DNA from: Minisyncoccia bacterium
Lineage (GTDB): Bacteria; Patescibacteriota; Minisyncoccia; Phycocordibacterales; DATDWN01
Length of the DNA: 64,000 bases
NCBI GenBank assembly: GCA_049297675.1
Contig: JBAQUS010000004.1
Coordinates: forward strand, 13,188 to 77,187
Reading direction: 5' to 3'
A program made the translations under genes and the position numbers. The first letter of the stretch is position 1. Every line of letters begins with the position of its first letter. Under the pieces are notes generated by a model. That model did not search any database. It saw only the letters and a program-made list of their open reading frames with translations, and was not told where the DNA came from. Of this stretch, positions 1 to 9,601 are shown piece after piece.

Positions 1-813
1 AGTATATTCAACCCTGTCAACCTGTTCAGCTTTTGCTCGAGTAAGTCTCTCCAGCTGACTACTTGCATTTATCCCCTCGTCTGTAAGTCTTTGAATGATC
101 TGGATTTTTCCCTCGATTATTTTTGCTAAACTAAAGGCATCTTGGGTTTTAGTAGCTAACTGAGTTATCTCATCGTATGCCCTAAGAGCACTTGTCATAG
201 TCCTATCTATTGAATCTATTTTTTTCTTCAAAATCTCAATCTCACTTGTAAAATCCTCAACTTGCTTTTTTATTGTATATGTATTTTCTGAGAAATCTCT
301 AGGGTTAAGACTTTTTATTACCTCGACAACCTCTGGGACATTTTTGTGCAATACTTTGAACGTGTAGTTACAGCTCGTCTCAGACTCTGTGTTGTTTTCA
401 AAGACAACATAGGCTAGTGATTTGAGCTTCAAAATCTCCTGACAATCTCTCGACTTGTTTCTGGTTTCAATATTTGCGTTATAATCCGTCACTTCAAAAT
501 CTTCTGCTCCGTCACCTACCCCACCTCCACCACCGCCAACTGGTGGATATATCATGTTTCGAGTTGAAAGAGTAGGAGCGGATTTTTCATACATTTCATC
601 TGCATACGAATCATAGACAGGCATCTCAGCCATTCCACCATATCCAGGTGCTATTGAACTAACACTAGGATAACTTCCAGTAGTCAAAGTCGAAGGAAAA
701 CTAGAGTTAAAAAGATTATACGAGAAAACAATAACAAAAAGGCTTACGAACAGAACACCAAGAGCCTTAAGTACGTTTATGGGTGTGAAAGTGAAGTTTT
801 TAATGAAATCCAT
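1..813 (-). CDS. Hypothetical membrane/secreted protein, C-terminally truncated by the window edge (N-terminal TM, Gly-rich linker, coiled-coil-like region)
   Basis: Minus-strand ORF starting at ATG 811-813 (MDFIKNFTFTPINVLKALGVLFVSLFVIVFS...GGGGGVGDG...) runs off the window start. It is absent from the ORF track because no stop lies in the window. Confidence 0.35.
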   Translation of the reverse strand, partial: MDFIKNFTFTPINVLKALGVLFVSLFVIVFSYNLFNSSFPSTLTTGSYPSVSSIAPGYGGMAEMPVYDSYADEMYEKSAPTLSTRNMIYPPVGGGGGGVGDGAEDFEVTDYNANIETRNKSRDCQEILKLKSLAYVVFENNTESETSCNYTFKVLHKNVPEVVEVIKSLNPRDFSENTYTIKKQVEDFTSEIEILKKKIDSIDRTMTSALRAYDEITQLATKTQDAFSLAKIIEGKIQIIQRLTDEGINASSQLERLTRAKAEQVDRVEYT

Positions 814-841
814 AGGTAATTATATTATAATTATAATATCA

Positions 842-1969
842 CTATCTCCATTCTTTGACGATCTGGTGTTTTATAGAACCTATAACACCAACTGAAAGTA
901 ACATCATAATCACCTGGAAGATAAAACCGAAGAACGGAACTAATCCCAAAACCTTAAAGACGACGACACCAATAAATATTGTTTTCAAACTGATTTCCGT
1001 TTCATCTTTTTTAAAGTAACCATAAACCAAACTTCCGACAATTATAGGTGAGATTACCCATCCAAACAAAAGTAGAGAAACGAATGCTATTATCCCCATA
1101 AGCCCAAGTGGAGCTCCTATAATAGTCATAATCAAAAGAACTGAAAGTAGTGGTAATAGAAGTAGAATAAGTAAACCTCTTCCAATCTCAAGCATTGGAC
1201 GCTCCATTGCCTTACTTACAACTTCGCTACTGTATCGTTTCAAATTTAGCCCGATTACAGAAGCGGTAACAAATAGTGCCAGGAATTTCCCAATAACCCA
1301 TAGTGACAGAACTCCCAGGAGTACATCTTTAGGAATCTGCCTTTTAGTTTGAGGCTTAAATTCAATCTCTCCTAAAACTACTGCTCCATCCTCTTTTATT
1401 AGTTCACTATTGGCCTTGTATGACAACTTGCCTTTAATAATTGCTGATTTACCTAGAGTTACAGACTCAGCCATAATACTAATCTCGCCTTCAATCGGTG
1501 AATTAATATAAACTTCTCCTCCAGCAATTTTTACTTTCCCGGAAACCGGCGCGTCAATTCTGATGCTCCCCGCACCCACAGTGACATCCCCTCCTACACC
1601 ACTTCCTCCTATGGTAACCTGGCCACCGGCTATTACAACATCCCCAGAAACTTTTCCTTGTATAACAATATTGCCACCAGCTATGCGTAAGTCATCTAAT
1701 ACATTTGAGACCACAGTCACACTACCTCCGCCAGCCAAAAGATCTGCTCCGACCGTACCACTGACCAAAACATTTCCACCACCAACTATGAGATCTCCCG
1801 TTACTTCTCCCATGCTTGTAACACTTCCCCCACCCAAATAAGCATCTCCAGTAATTTTCTCCCCCGATCCGATAGTGGGCTGTTCTCCACCTCGAAACTC
1901 AGCACTAAAGGCAAGTAAAGGGATGAAAACAAACAAAATCGACAAGAAATAAAGATATGATTTTTTCAT
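842..1969 (-). CDS. Secreted bactofilin-like (beta-helical Gly-rich repeat) domain fused to a C-terminal multi-TM domain
   Basis: Signal peptide, then tandem repeats of the type GGxVxVxGxVxGDLxxAGGxVxV (bactofilin/DUF583-like), then about 4 hydrophobic helices. Confidence 0.5.
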   Translation of the reverse strand: MKKSYLYFLSILFVFIPLLAFSAEFRGGEQPTIGSGEKITGDAYLGGGSVTSMGEVTGDLIVGGGNVLVSGTVGADLLAGGGSVTVVSNVLDDLRIAGGNIVIQGKVSGDVVIAGGQVTIGGSGVGGDVTVGAGSIRIDAPVSGKVKIAGGEVYINSPIEGEISIMAESVTLGKSAIIKGKLSYKANSELIKEDGAVVLGEIEFKPQTKRQIPKDVLLGVLSLWVIGKFLALFVTASVIGLNLKRYSSEVVSKAMERPMLEIGRGLLILLLLPLLSVLLIMTIIGAPLGLMGIIAFVSLLLFGWVISPIIVGSLVYGYFKKDETEISLKTIFIGVVVFKVLGLVPFFGFIFQVIMMLLSVGVIGSIKHQIVKEWR

Positions 1970-2073
1970 GTTCTAATAGTTAATTTTAATGTTTATATTA
2001 TACACCCACATCTTTTTCATTCAAGACAAACCTAATCCCATGAATACCTGCAACAAATATGTAAAAATTCATT

Positions 2074-2095
2074 CCAAAATTCTCAAGAATTTTGG
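2074..2095. promoter_or_regulatory. 10-2-10 palindrome CCAAAATTCT-CA-AGAATTTTGG overlapping the arsR-like stop and upstream of the bactofilin-like gene; candidate ArsR operator
   Basis: Perfect inverted repeat. It shares the core AATTCTCAAGAATT with the palindrome at 2471-2508. Confidence 0.45.
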
Positions 2096-2454
2096 AATTC
2101 AGTTAAAAATTTGACAAATCTTTCTCCGTAAGGAGTTAGAGAGTGAACAACATTATGACCTTTATAATTTTTATTTATTAGTCCTGCGCCTGAAAGCCTA
2201 CGTAAATGTTCGGATATAGTTTTAAAATTGCCTTTTAGGCTTGACGCAATATTTTCAACACTTGCTCCCTTTTCTTTTGATACTAGAAGTAAAATGGCTA
2301 TTCTCCAATGATTTGCGATTCCTTTTAAGTGCCTTTCCATTTGTTTGGCTGTTTTTGGAACACGATAAAAAGATGCTCCTCCATTAGATGATTTTTTTGA
2401 TTTACTTTTTTTGAAGGCTAATCCCGCTCCCATAGATTGACAGCATCCTAGCAC
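2083..2454 (-). CDS. ArsR/SmtB-family winged-HTH transcriptional regulator
   Basis: HTH_20-like segment (HWRIAILLLVSKEKGASVENIASSLKGNFKTISEHLRRLSGAGLI). GTG start in the track; the true start may be an internal Met. Confidence 0.6.
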   Translation of the reverse strand: MLGCCQSMGAGLAFKKSKSKKSSNGGASFYRVPKTAKQMERHLKGIANHWRIAILLLVSKEKGASVENIASSLKGNFKTISEHLRRLSGAGLINKNYKGHNVVHSLTPYGERFVKFLTEFQNS

Positions 2455-2470
2455 AATTCCATATATTGTA

Positions 2471-2508
2471 AACTTATTCTTAAATTCTCAAGAATTTAAG
2501 AATAAGTT
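2471..2508. promoter_or_regulatory. 18-2-18 perfect palindrome AACTTATTCTTAAATTCT-CA-AGAATTTAAGAATAAGTT immediately upstream of the arsR-like gene; candidate autoregulatory operator
   Basis: Perfect inverted repeat 17 nt upstream of the GTG start at 2454. Same core and same CA spacer as the 2074-2095 palindrome. Confidence 0.5.
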
Positions 2509-2567
2509 ATATTTGGATATTTATAATGAATAATTCTGACTACAAAAATTTCGATACTGACGTTTAC

Positions 2568-2882
2568 TCACTTAAACTCGAAAACAATTTTTTTAAAATT
2601 TATTATTTTGCCTTTTTCGACTTCTATTTTCTCTTTCTTGTACAATGCCATCCTCTCTTTTCTGTGTTTATTGTCCGTCCAGAACTTGCCGTCAGTATAA
2701 ACTATCCTATGCCATGGGATTTTATGATTGCCCTCCTGCCAAGCCTTGTACAAAATGCCTGTGATACTTCTCGAAGCCATGCTTCCCCCACCCCCTGCCT
2801 TAGCAATTTTACCGTAAGTCGTCACTCTGCCTTTTGGAATAGACATTGCCAGTTTTACAACTCTTTCTGAAAAAGTTTGCAT
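2568..2882 (-). CDS. Alkyltransferase-like protein (ATL; MGMT-fold DNA-binding domain with Trp replacing the catalytic Cys)
   Basis: VTTYGKIAKAGGGGSMASRSITGILYKAWQEGNHKIPWHRIV. The PWHR motif stands where MGMT has PCHR. Confidence 0.55.
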   Translation of the reverse strand: MQTFSERVVKLAMSIPKGRVTTYGKIAKAGGGGSMASRSITGILYKAWQEGNHKIPWHRIVYTDGKFWTDNKHRKERMALYKKEKIEVEKGKIINFKKIVFEFK

Positions 2883-2898
2883 GATATTTAAAAAAATC

Positions 2899-3768
2899 TT
2901 ATTTAACTATCATTTCTAAAAATTTAGAAAGTGAGATGAATGCTGCAGCGGCTTTTTTGTGACCATTTCCTCCCAAAATCTGAGCCAAGGTCAAGGCGTT
3001 TGGCTCATGACCATCTCTTCCTCGAAAACTTATTTTGACAGTGTTACCACTTATTCCAAATATACCTACGGTTTTGTTTTGTTGGCTAGAGAGAATATTT
3101 CCTCCAACCGATCTCAAACCAGAGTCAATGTTGTAAACTGGGACTTCAAAATCACCTATTTTTATAGTAATTGGCAGTTTCTCGAGCTCTTTAGTCAGCC
3201 TCTTGTCTTCGTATATGGATATCATTCTACCCTTATCCTTTTTTTCATCTAAATCAGAATTTATCAAACCAGCTACAGCTTTTGAATCATTTTGAAATAT
3301 TGATAAATAATTCCCCATATCTTTTGTATCATCTCTGTATTTCAACTTAAACAAGTCAGCATCTTCAACCAGTTTTATTAGTTCTGGAACTTCATCATCA
3401 GGGAAAAAATATGACCATGATAATGATGCCCCCGACTTATCATTATCAAAAATGAAAGTGAAATTTTTGTTTTCAATCGCCAACTTTTCGTATTCTTCCT
3501 TTGCACCTATATGATGATCTATTGATGTAACCTTAAAACCTAGACTCAAAATTTCCTTAACGCCCAAAACATTATCAACTGTATAGACATCTGTGCCTTC
3601 ATCAATCAAAGACAAAATATTCTCCAACTCTTCCCTCGTGTGTGAGTGAGATAGTGGAAAAACTTTTGCCTCAGGAAATTTCCTCAAAACCACCGCTCCG
3701 GCAGTTGTCCCGTCATTGCAATCCTTATGATATATGGCTATTACTTTTTTCATGATTTTTTCCTCCAT
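2899..3768 (-). CDS. DHH/DHHA1 phosphoesterase (NrnA-like nanoRNase/pAp phosphatase)
   Basis: DHH motif (SIDHHIGA) and N-terminal Asp-rich motifs (HKDCNDGTTAG). C-terminal DHHA1 GGNGHKKAAAA. Confidence 0.65.
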   Translation of the reverse strand: MEEKIMKKVIAIYHKDCNDGTTAGAVVLRKFPEAKVFPLSHSHTREELENILSLIDEGTDVYTVDNVLGVKEILSLGFKVTSIDHHIGAKEEYEKLAIENKNFTFIFDNDKSGASLSWSYFFPDDEVPELIKLVEDADLFKLKYRDDTKDMGNYLSIFQNDSKAVAGLINSDLDEKKDKGRMISIYEDKRLTKELEKLPITIKIGDFEVPVYNIDSGLRSVGGNILSSQQNKTVGIFGISGNTVKISFRGRDGHEPNALTLAQILGGNGHKKAAAAFISLSKFLEMIVK

Positions 3769-3789
3769 CTTGGAGCAAAACCTGTAGAA

Positions 3790-4083
3790 CTACCAAACCT
3801 GGAATATTTCTCTTGAGCCGGTCAGGTACATCTCAGTATAACCCTTCATTTTCTCCATAGCCTTTTTCATTTCTTTTGTCGGATTTTTGTATTTTTCCCA
3901 ACTTTTTTCATAAGCTGTCAGATCTTTATATTTTGAAACCATAATCACTCTGTTATATTGACCAGTCATGTCGGTCATTATGTTGACCAGATTCTTGTCA
4001 CTAGCCATCACCCCTTTAAATAACTTAGCCATTTTCGAAGCATTACCAGGCTTACAAACAAATACATCATGTACGATAATCAT
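3790..4083 (-). CDS. Hypothetical small protein (97 aa)
   Basis: Clean ORF with good spacing to neighbours. No motif recognised. Confidence 0.3.
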   Translation of the reverse strand: MIIVHDVFVCKPGNASKMAKLFKGVMASDKNLVNIMTDMTGQYNRVIMVSKYKDLTAYEKSWEKYKNPTKEMKKAMEKMKGYTEMYLTGSREIFQVW

Positions 4084-4142
4084 AATTATTTTGGTTAATG
4101 ATAATTATTTATTATACACCTTTTAGATAAATACAAAGTGAA

Positions 4143-5330
4143 CTATATAAAAGTTAGTGCCTTACCAAGCTTTCCGGCTCTCCCTGTTCGTCCTATTCTA
4201 TGTATGTAGTCTTCATGCGTGCCCGGTACATCGAAGTTAATAACGTGGCTTACATTTGGAATGTCCAAGCCTCTTGCCGCCACGTCTGTTGCAACGAGTA
4301 CTTTAGTTTTGTTTGCTTTAAAATCATTTAGAGCTCTCTGTCTTTGAGTTTGGTTTTTATTTCCATGTATTGCTGTGGAAGAGACTCCTCTTTTTGAGAG
4401 CTCATCAGATAGTTTTTGAACACCATGTTTTGTTCTAGCAAAAACCAAAACCTTCTCGAATTCATCTTTTGAGAGTAATCCGTGTAACACATCAACTTTT
4501 GGCAAATCGTTAACCCGTACAACATCTTGATGAACATTTTTTGCAGTATCACCTGTTTTAACAGAAATTCTAACAGGATTATTCAAAAATTCAGAAATAA
4601 GTTTTTCGATCTCATTTGAGAGCGTTGCTGAAAAGAAAAGGGTTTGTCTTTCTTTTGGCATTTTAGACATAACAAGTCTCATGTCGTTTATAAAACCCAT
4701 GTCTAGCATCCTATCTGCTTCATCCAAAACCACAGATCTATAATTTGAAATATTCAGAACTCCTCTTTCCATTAAATCTTTTATTCTTCCGGGTGTACCG
4801 ATTACAAATTGATTGTGAAATCGTAGCTGTCTTATTTGCCCGCCAATAGGTACTCCTCCAACAGCACAAACCGAATGAATGCCTACATTGCCAACAAATC
4901 CTTTAAGTTCATCGTTTATCTGTACTGCCAGTTCACGTGTCGGAGCTATGATAAGAACCTGCTCATTGACACCGTTGTAAACTTTATGAATAAGCGGAAT
5001 AAGAAAAGCCGCAGTTTTGCCTGTACCTGTATTTGCAATTCCAACAATATCTCTGCCAGCTAAAATCTCTGGAATGGCACCGTCTTGAATAGGTGTAGGT
5101 GTTACGTAACCTTTTTTTATAATGTTACCCTTCAAACCTTCCACAATTTTAAAGTCAGCAAAACTATGCTTAGGCACGAATGGTATTTCCTTCGCTACTT
5201 CAACTTTAGTATTTATATATCTAGAGACATCAATGCTTTTTTGTGCAAATTTTCCTCTACCTCTACCTCTTCCATTAAATCGTGGACTGGAAAAACTTCC
5301 ACGTCCAAAATTTCCATTATTTCTGTACAT
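4143..5330 (-). CDS. DEAD-box ATP-dependent RNA helicase with N-terminal RGG-rich tail
   Basis: Motifs TGTGKT (Walker A), DEAD (VLDEADRMLDMGF), SAT and HRIGRTGR. Confidence 0.85.
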   Translation of the reverse strand: MYRNNGNFGRGSFSSPRFNGRGRGRGKFAQKSIDVSRYINTKVEVAKEIPFVPKHSFADFKIVEGLKGNIIKKGYVTPTPIQDGAIPEILAGRDIVGIANTGTGKTAAFLIPLIHKVYNGVNEQVLIIAPTRELAVQINDELKGFVGNVGIHSVCAVGGVPIGGQIRQLRFHNQFVIGTPGRIKDLMERGVLNISNYRSVVLDEADRMLDMGFINDMRLVMSKMPKERQTLFFSATLSNEIEKLISEFLNNPVRISVKTGDTAKNVHQDVVRVNDLPKVDVLHGLLSKDEFEKVLVFARTKHGVQKLSDELSKRGVSSTAIHGNKNQTQRQRALNDFKANKTKVLVATDVAARGLDIPNVSHVINFDVPGTHEDYIHRIGRTGRAGKLGKALTFI

Positions 5331-5706
5331 ATTATTTAGCGAATACTCGCTATAACCCTGAGCGTTATATTAAAATCTTGCTCCGACTCAAGGGTTTTAT
5401 GAAGGTCTAGCCTTCGCAATTAGAGAGTTAAAAGTCCCTGAAACCACTGAGATATTAAGTTATCCCACCATTATAGCAAATCCACATATTTTTGTCAAAT
5501 AAGCCGAAATAAACGCTTTGTTAGTAAATAAAAATGATATAATTCTTAACATACTTTGAACTATGAAACTCGACGAAAACACATGTTTTCTGGCGTATCT
5601 CGGAATGCGTGTAGCATGAGAGTTAAGGAAAATTTTCAGCAGAAAATTATTCCGGCACCATAAAATATGTGTTGAGTAAGAGTTTCATGTTCCATAACAA
5701 AAAACA

Positions 5707-6897
5707 ATGCAATTTGGTTATACCAACATCTTTCCCTACTTTGTAATCAGTGCCTTTATGGTCGCATTTTCTATTTTTGTGTTAAAAAGAAGTAGTTTTT
5801 TTCAAAAAATAGCCGAGGCTGAAGTATCTGAGAGATACGAAGCCTTGGATGGTTTACGTGGGTTTCTAGCTATCGGGGTTTTCTTTCAGCATGCTGTACA
5901 AAATTTCTCTTTCTTTCAAACTGGTGTTTGGGTAATCACCGACTCACGGTTTTACAGATTTTTAGGGGGAGAAGCTGTTATATTATTTTTCATTACCACA
6001 AGCTTTTTATATTGGACAAAACTGGTCTTAGTAAAAAGTCACGGTGAAAATCAAATGTTTCGGTTGTATCGAAGCCGGTTACTTAGATTAGCTCCTCTTT
6101 ATCTTTTTTCGGGACTATTGGTCAGTATTATTGCCCTGTATAATGTTGACTTCAGTATTATTTCAATAAGTGGTTTTTTTAGAGATATTTTTTATTGGCT
6201 AACACTTGGACTACACACCATCCAAAGCTTTAACGGCACTGACATAATACCTATCAATGCCGGAATACACTGGACACTAAGATACGAATGGGCATTTTAT
6301 CTCTTACTACCCCTAGTAGCATTTTTGATGAAAAATTCACTTGGTAAAATTGCTTCAGTTCTTATTTTGATAGGAATATTCTCCCTTCCCGACAGAGGAT
6401 ACTGGGCAATATTTCTTTTTGGCATTCTCTCCGCCTATATTGTAAGTTACTACCCATCTATTCCATGGTTTAAGAAAAATAATTGGTCAGCTTTGGTTCC
6501 ACTCGTGGGCCTGTTTCTTGTGTACTCAATAAATTACAAACCATACTCTTATGTTCAATATTTTATCAGTATGATAGTCTTTCTGTGTTTCGTATATGGC
6601 AACAATTTATTTGGATTGTTGAAAACGCCTTTCGCAAAATTTTTGAGCACTATTAGTTACAGTGTCTATCTTTTACATGGAATAGTCCTGTATATTGTTC
6701 TAAATATTGTAAACAAGTTCTATCCCGTAGCATCTCTTAGTCCGCTTCAGTATTGGACTGTCATTCTCTTTGCTGGAATAATAGTTATTGTTGTTTCGGC
6801 TCTATCTTATAGGTTCATTGAACACAGGTTCATAGAGAAAATCAAACTTGGTAAGAAAGGGTCGTCGCCTACACCTGTAATAGAAAAAGTTATTTGA
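5707..6897 (+). CDS. Membrane acyltransferase family 3 (OatA-like O-acyltransferase)
   Basis: Multi-TM protein with LDGLRGFLAIGVFFQH-type N-terminal motif. 4-nt overlap with the downstream M23 peptidase gene. Confidence 0.6.
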   Translation: MQFGYTNIFPYFVISAFMVAFSIFVLKRSSFFQKIAEAEVSERYEALDGLRGFLAIGVFFQHAVQNFSFFQTGVWVITDSRFYRFLGGEAVILFFITTSFLYWTKLVLVKSHGENQMFRLYRSRLLRLAPLYLFSGLLVSIIALYNVDFSIISISGFFRDIFYWLTLGLHTIQSFNGTDIIPINAGIHWTLRYEWAFYLLLPLVAFLMKNSLGKIASVLILIGIFSLPDRGYWAIFLFGILSAYIVSYYPSIPWFKKNNWSALVPLVGLFLVYSINYKPYSYVQYFISMIVFLCFVYGNNLFGLLKTPFAKFLSTISYSVYLLHGIVLYIVLNIVNKFYPVASLSPLQYWTVILFAGIIVIVVSALSYRFIEHRFIEKIKLGKKGSSPTPVIEKVI

Positions 6898-7910
6898 TTA
6901 TGCAACACCATATTCATCACAATCATAAAAGGAAAAGGAGAAAAGTTTTTTGGCTTGTCTCACTTTTGGTTATTTCAACTATTTTGATAGCAATGTATTT
7001 TAGCAATAAGGATTCACTCGTAGTAAACGAAAAAATTGCTGTTGCCACTACAACAAAAATAACAAAACCAAAAACAACAGTTAAACCTGAAAAAATCAAA
7101 CCACAGACAAATGGCGAAATGAGTATCTCCGTTTTTCCAGATTCTATTATGCAGGGAGAACCAGCTATTATAAAAGTAAATGGATTGTCATCGACAACAA
7201 ACGTAAAGTCTTTCACGTTCGACAGTCGCCCTCTTATCTTTTTTCTCTATGAGGATGAAGTTACAGCCTTTCTCGGTGTAGATCTAAACTATGCAACCGG
7301 TACTTTTCCACTTGTACTAACCATGAAAGACGGTAAGCAAATTCGTCAAGATTTTGTCATAAAGACACGCCCCGTGGTCAGAATTCCTTTTGATATTCCT
7401 GAAAAACTCGGCGGTAATACACCGCAGAGCGTCAAAATTCTTTTCGCAACACTTGCGCAGGAGGCAAAAATTGTTAACGCCATTCCAACCGGTTACACTA
7501 GACTCTGGACAGATAAATTTAGATCGCCATTAGACACTCCTATTGTTGTAGAAGATCCTTATGGCTACACAAGAATTACCGGAAACTCCACCATGCCTCA
7601 CAAAGGTACGGATATAAGAGCACCTATCGGCACCCCCGTCTATGCTATGAATCGCGGCTTGGTTAAATTTACAGACAATCTTCGCAACTACGGTAACACA
7701 GTGGTTATAGATCATGGACTGGGATTGCAAACTGTCTATATGCATCTTTCAGAAATTAAAGTAGCCAAAGACCAGATGGTAGAAAGAGGAGACATGATTG
7801 CCCTAAGTGGTGACACTGGTTATGTTCTAAACCCACATCTTCATCTGACAGTCAGAATTTGGGATATTTCCATAGACGCCATGAAATTTTTAGAACTTTT
7901 AGGTGAGTAA
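6894..7910 (+). CDS. M23/LytM-family metallopeptidase with N-terminal TM anchor
   Basis: HKGTDIRAPIGTPVYA (HxxxD), GNTVVIDHGLGLQTVYMHL and GDTGYVLNPHLHLTV motifs. Confidence 0.75.
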   Translation: MIMQHHIHHNHKRKRRKVFWLVSLLVISTILIAMYFSNKDSLVVNEKIAVATTTKITKPKTTVKPEKIKPQTNGEMSISVFPDSIMQGEPAIIKVNGLSSTTNVKSFTFDSRPLIFFLYEDEVTAFLGVDLNYATGTFPLVLTMKDGKQIRQDFVIKTRPVVRIPFDIPEKLGGNTPQSVKILFATLAQEAKIVNAIPTGYTRLWTDKFRSPLDTPIVVEDPYGYTRITGNSTMPHKGTDIRAPIGTPVYAMNRGLVKFTDNLRNYGNTVVIDHGLGLQTVYMHLSEIKVAKDQMVERGDMIALSGDTGYVLNPHLHLTVRIWDISIDAMKFLELLGE

Positions 7911-7928
7911 AATTATCTGAGTGTTAAT

Positions 7929-8855
7929 TTAATTCTTTTTTGACTCCATTAGGTCGTAAATCTCTCTTGAGAGTTTTTTCAGTGAAAATTCCTGCCAAGG
8001 CCACTTAGTTTTAGTAATGGTCAGAACAGCAATAGCATAATGTGAATTTTTACCTTCCACAACTCCTGCATCTCCACTATATTTAATAACAGCATAGCCT
8101 TTATTAAAAGCAGTTCTAATACCATGGTATATGTTCCATTTATATCCATTAATTACTAACCATCCTCCTTTACGGTAGTAACTCTTAAAATCTTTGAGAT
8201 TTAAACCACCCCTTCTGTCCCTGTTCCATCTTAGTAAATAGCTTTTTAATTTTTCTGATACCCACGGATTAACTAATTGTCCTTGCTCCACTTTATAGAA
8301 AAATTCAGCTAAATGACGTGCATTGGATACTGTAATCTTAGAAACACGATATTCACCTTCCTCTTTTAATCTGTCTAGGAACTTTCTAGTTACATCACTC
8401 CCATTCCATCCATTCGGTAAAATTATATTGTTATTAATATTTTCTCTATTGGCTATATCAATAAGTACATTTGAGGCGGTGTTATCACTCCTTGTAAGCA
8501 TGAGGTCTAAAAGGTAGTCTGTGGTGACTTTATCTCCTGTTTTAAGTAGAGGTCTATAATCTTTGTGGGTACATTTTGGGAAAAATCTTACGTTTTTATC
8601 AACCTCATTTACAAGAGTAATCTCTACGACATCTTCAAGTTTTCTCAAACCAGCATTTATTTGTCTCAATATTTCAGCTCCAACAAAAACCTTGTATATA
8701 CTTGCTGGGTAAATAAAGTGATCCATATTAAATCCAGCAATTTGTGCTTCAGGATTTTTTAAATCAATGATGGCCAAAGATATTTCGTTTGGTTTTGGAT
8801 GGAAATTTTCAACAATTTCTTTTATTTTTTGACTAAGTTGTAGATTTTCTTTCAT
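7929..8855 (-). CDS. Serine hydrolase of beta-lactamase/D-Ala-D-Ala carboxypeptidase fold
   Basis: SxxK (ASIYK) and SDN (RSDNTASN) motifs. Confidence 0.5.
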   Translation of the reverse strand: MKENLQLSQKIKEIVENFHPKPNEISLAIIDLKNPEAQIAGFNMDHFIYPASIYKVFVGAEILRQINAGLRKLEDVVEITLVNEVDKNVRFFPKCTHKDYRPLLKTGDKVTTDYLLDLMLTRSDNTASNVLIDIANRENINNNIILPNGWNGSDVTRKFLDRLKEEGEYRVSKITVSNARHLAEFFYKVEQGQLVNPWVSEKLKSYLLRWNRDRRGGLNLKDFKSYYRKGGWLVINGYKWNIYHGIRTAFNKGYAVIKYSGDAGVVEGKNSHYAIAVLTITKTKWPWQEFSLKKLSREIYDLMESKKN

Positions 8856-8961
8856 GCTTTTTAATCATTTCCATTTCAGGTAATATTGCTCCACTTCTCA
8901 TCCTAAACCTTTCATCATTAAATCTTCTTCCTGTGTCTACAAAACCAAGTTTGTTGGGAGT

Positions 8962-8982
8962 AGTGGACACCGAGTGTCCACT
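8962..8982 (-). terminator. Hairpin AGTGGACAC-CGA-GTGTCCACT downstream of the GNAT gene (minus strand), followed by a U-rich tract in the transcript
   Basis: 9-bp perfect stem. Position fits a rho-independent terminator. Confidence 0.45.
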
Positions 8983-9060
8983 ATTCGACTACATTTTATG
9001 GTTATTTTAGGATTTTGAACAGTAGTAGTGGGAATCCCCTCGCTTATTCGCTTAGACTGT

Positions 9061-9552
9061 TTAGAGCTCTATACGAAAAAATACTTGTGGTCCCCATTTT
9101 GATTCCAAGGGAAAACTTTTAATAATCCTCTCCTTATAATGCCTGGATATATTTTCAGCAAAGTCATTTGCAATAAGAGCATTTCTTTCTAGATATTTAA
9201 AGCCACGAATCTTTAATTCATTTTCCAATTTATCCATAATAACCCCGAGTAGACCCTTACCCCTATAATCTTTTTTAATCACCGTGTCCCACATCCATGC
9301 AGTTTCTCCAGGTAAGGCTGGACTACCAGATGTTTCTGGTTCCATTGGTTTAGCATAAGCAAAGCCAATTATTTCTTGATTATCAAGATTTTTTAATAAT
9401 ACAATGGTATTTTCAGAATTTATAAAATCTTTCTCCAGTTCATCTTCAGTAAAAGGATGTTGTTCAAAAGCCTCATTTTCCAAAGAAATAATAGAATCTT
9501 TTGTTTCATTCCAACTAGATTGGTTACTATTAAATACCTCTGCCAAAATCAT
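9061..9552 (-). CDS. GNAT-family N-acetyltransferase
   Basis: YRGKGLLGVIMDKLENELKIRGFKYLE acetyl-CoA-binding-type motif. Confidence 0.6.
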   Translation of the reverse strand: MILAEVFNSNQSSWNETKDSIISLENEAFEQHPFTEDELEKDFINSENTIVLLKNLDNQEIIGFAYAKPMEPETSGSPALPGETAWMWDTVIKKDYRGKGLLGVIMDKLENELKIRGFKYLERNALIANDFAENISRHYKERIIKSFPLESKWGPQVFFRIEL

Positions 9553-9601
9553 GTATACATTATATCAGTTTTATTCTGCTAATGTTTCTGTTTCGTTTAT
9601 T

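Noticed and set aside
1563-1841. Pro/Thr-rich plus-strand ORF inside the bactofilin-like gene
   Set aside because: Antisense shadow of the Gly-rich repeat gene (GGN codons read as CCN on the other strand). No independent signals.
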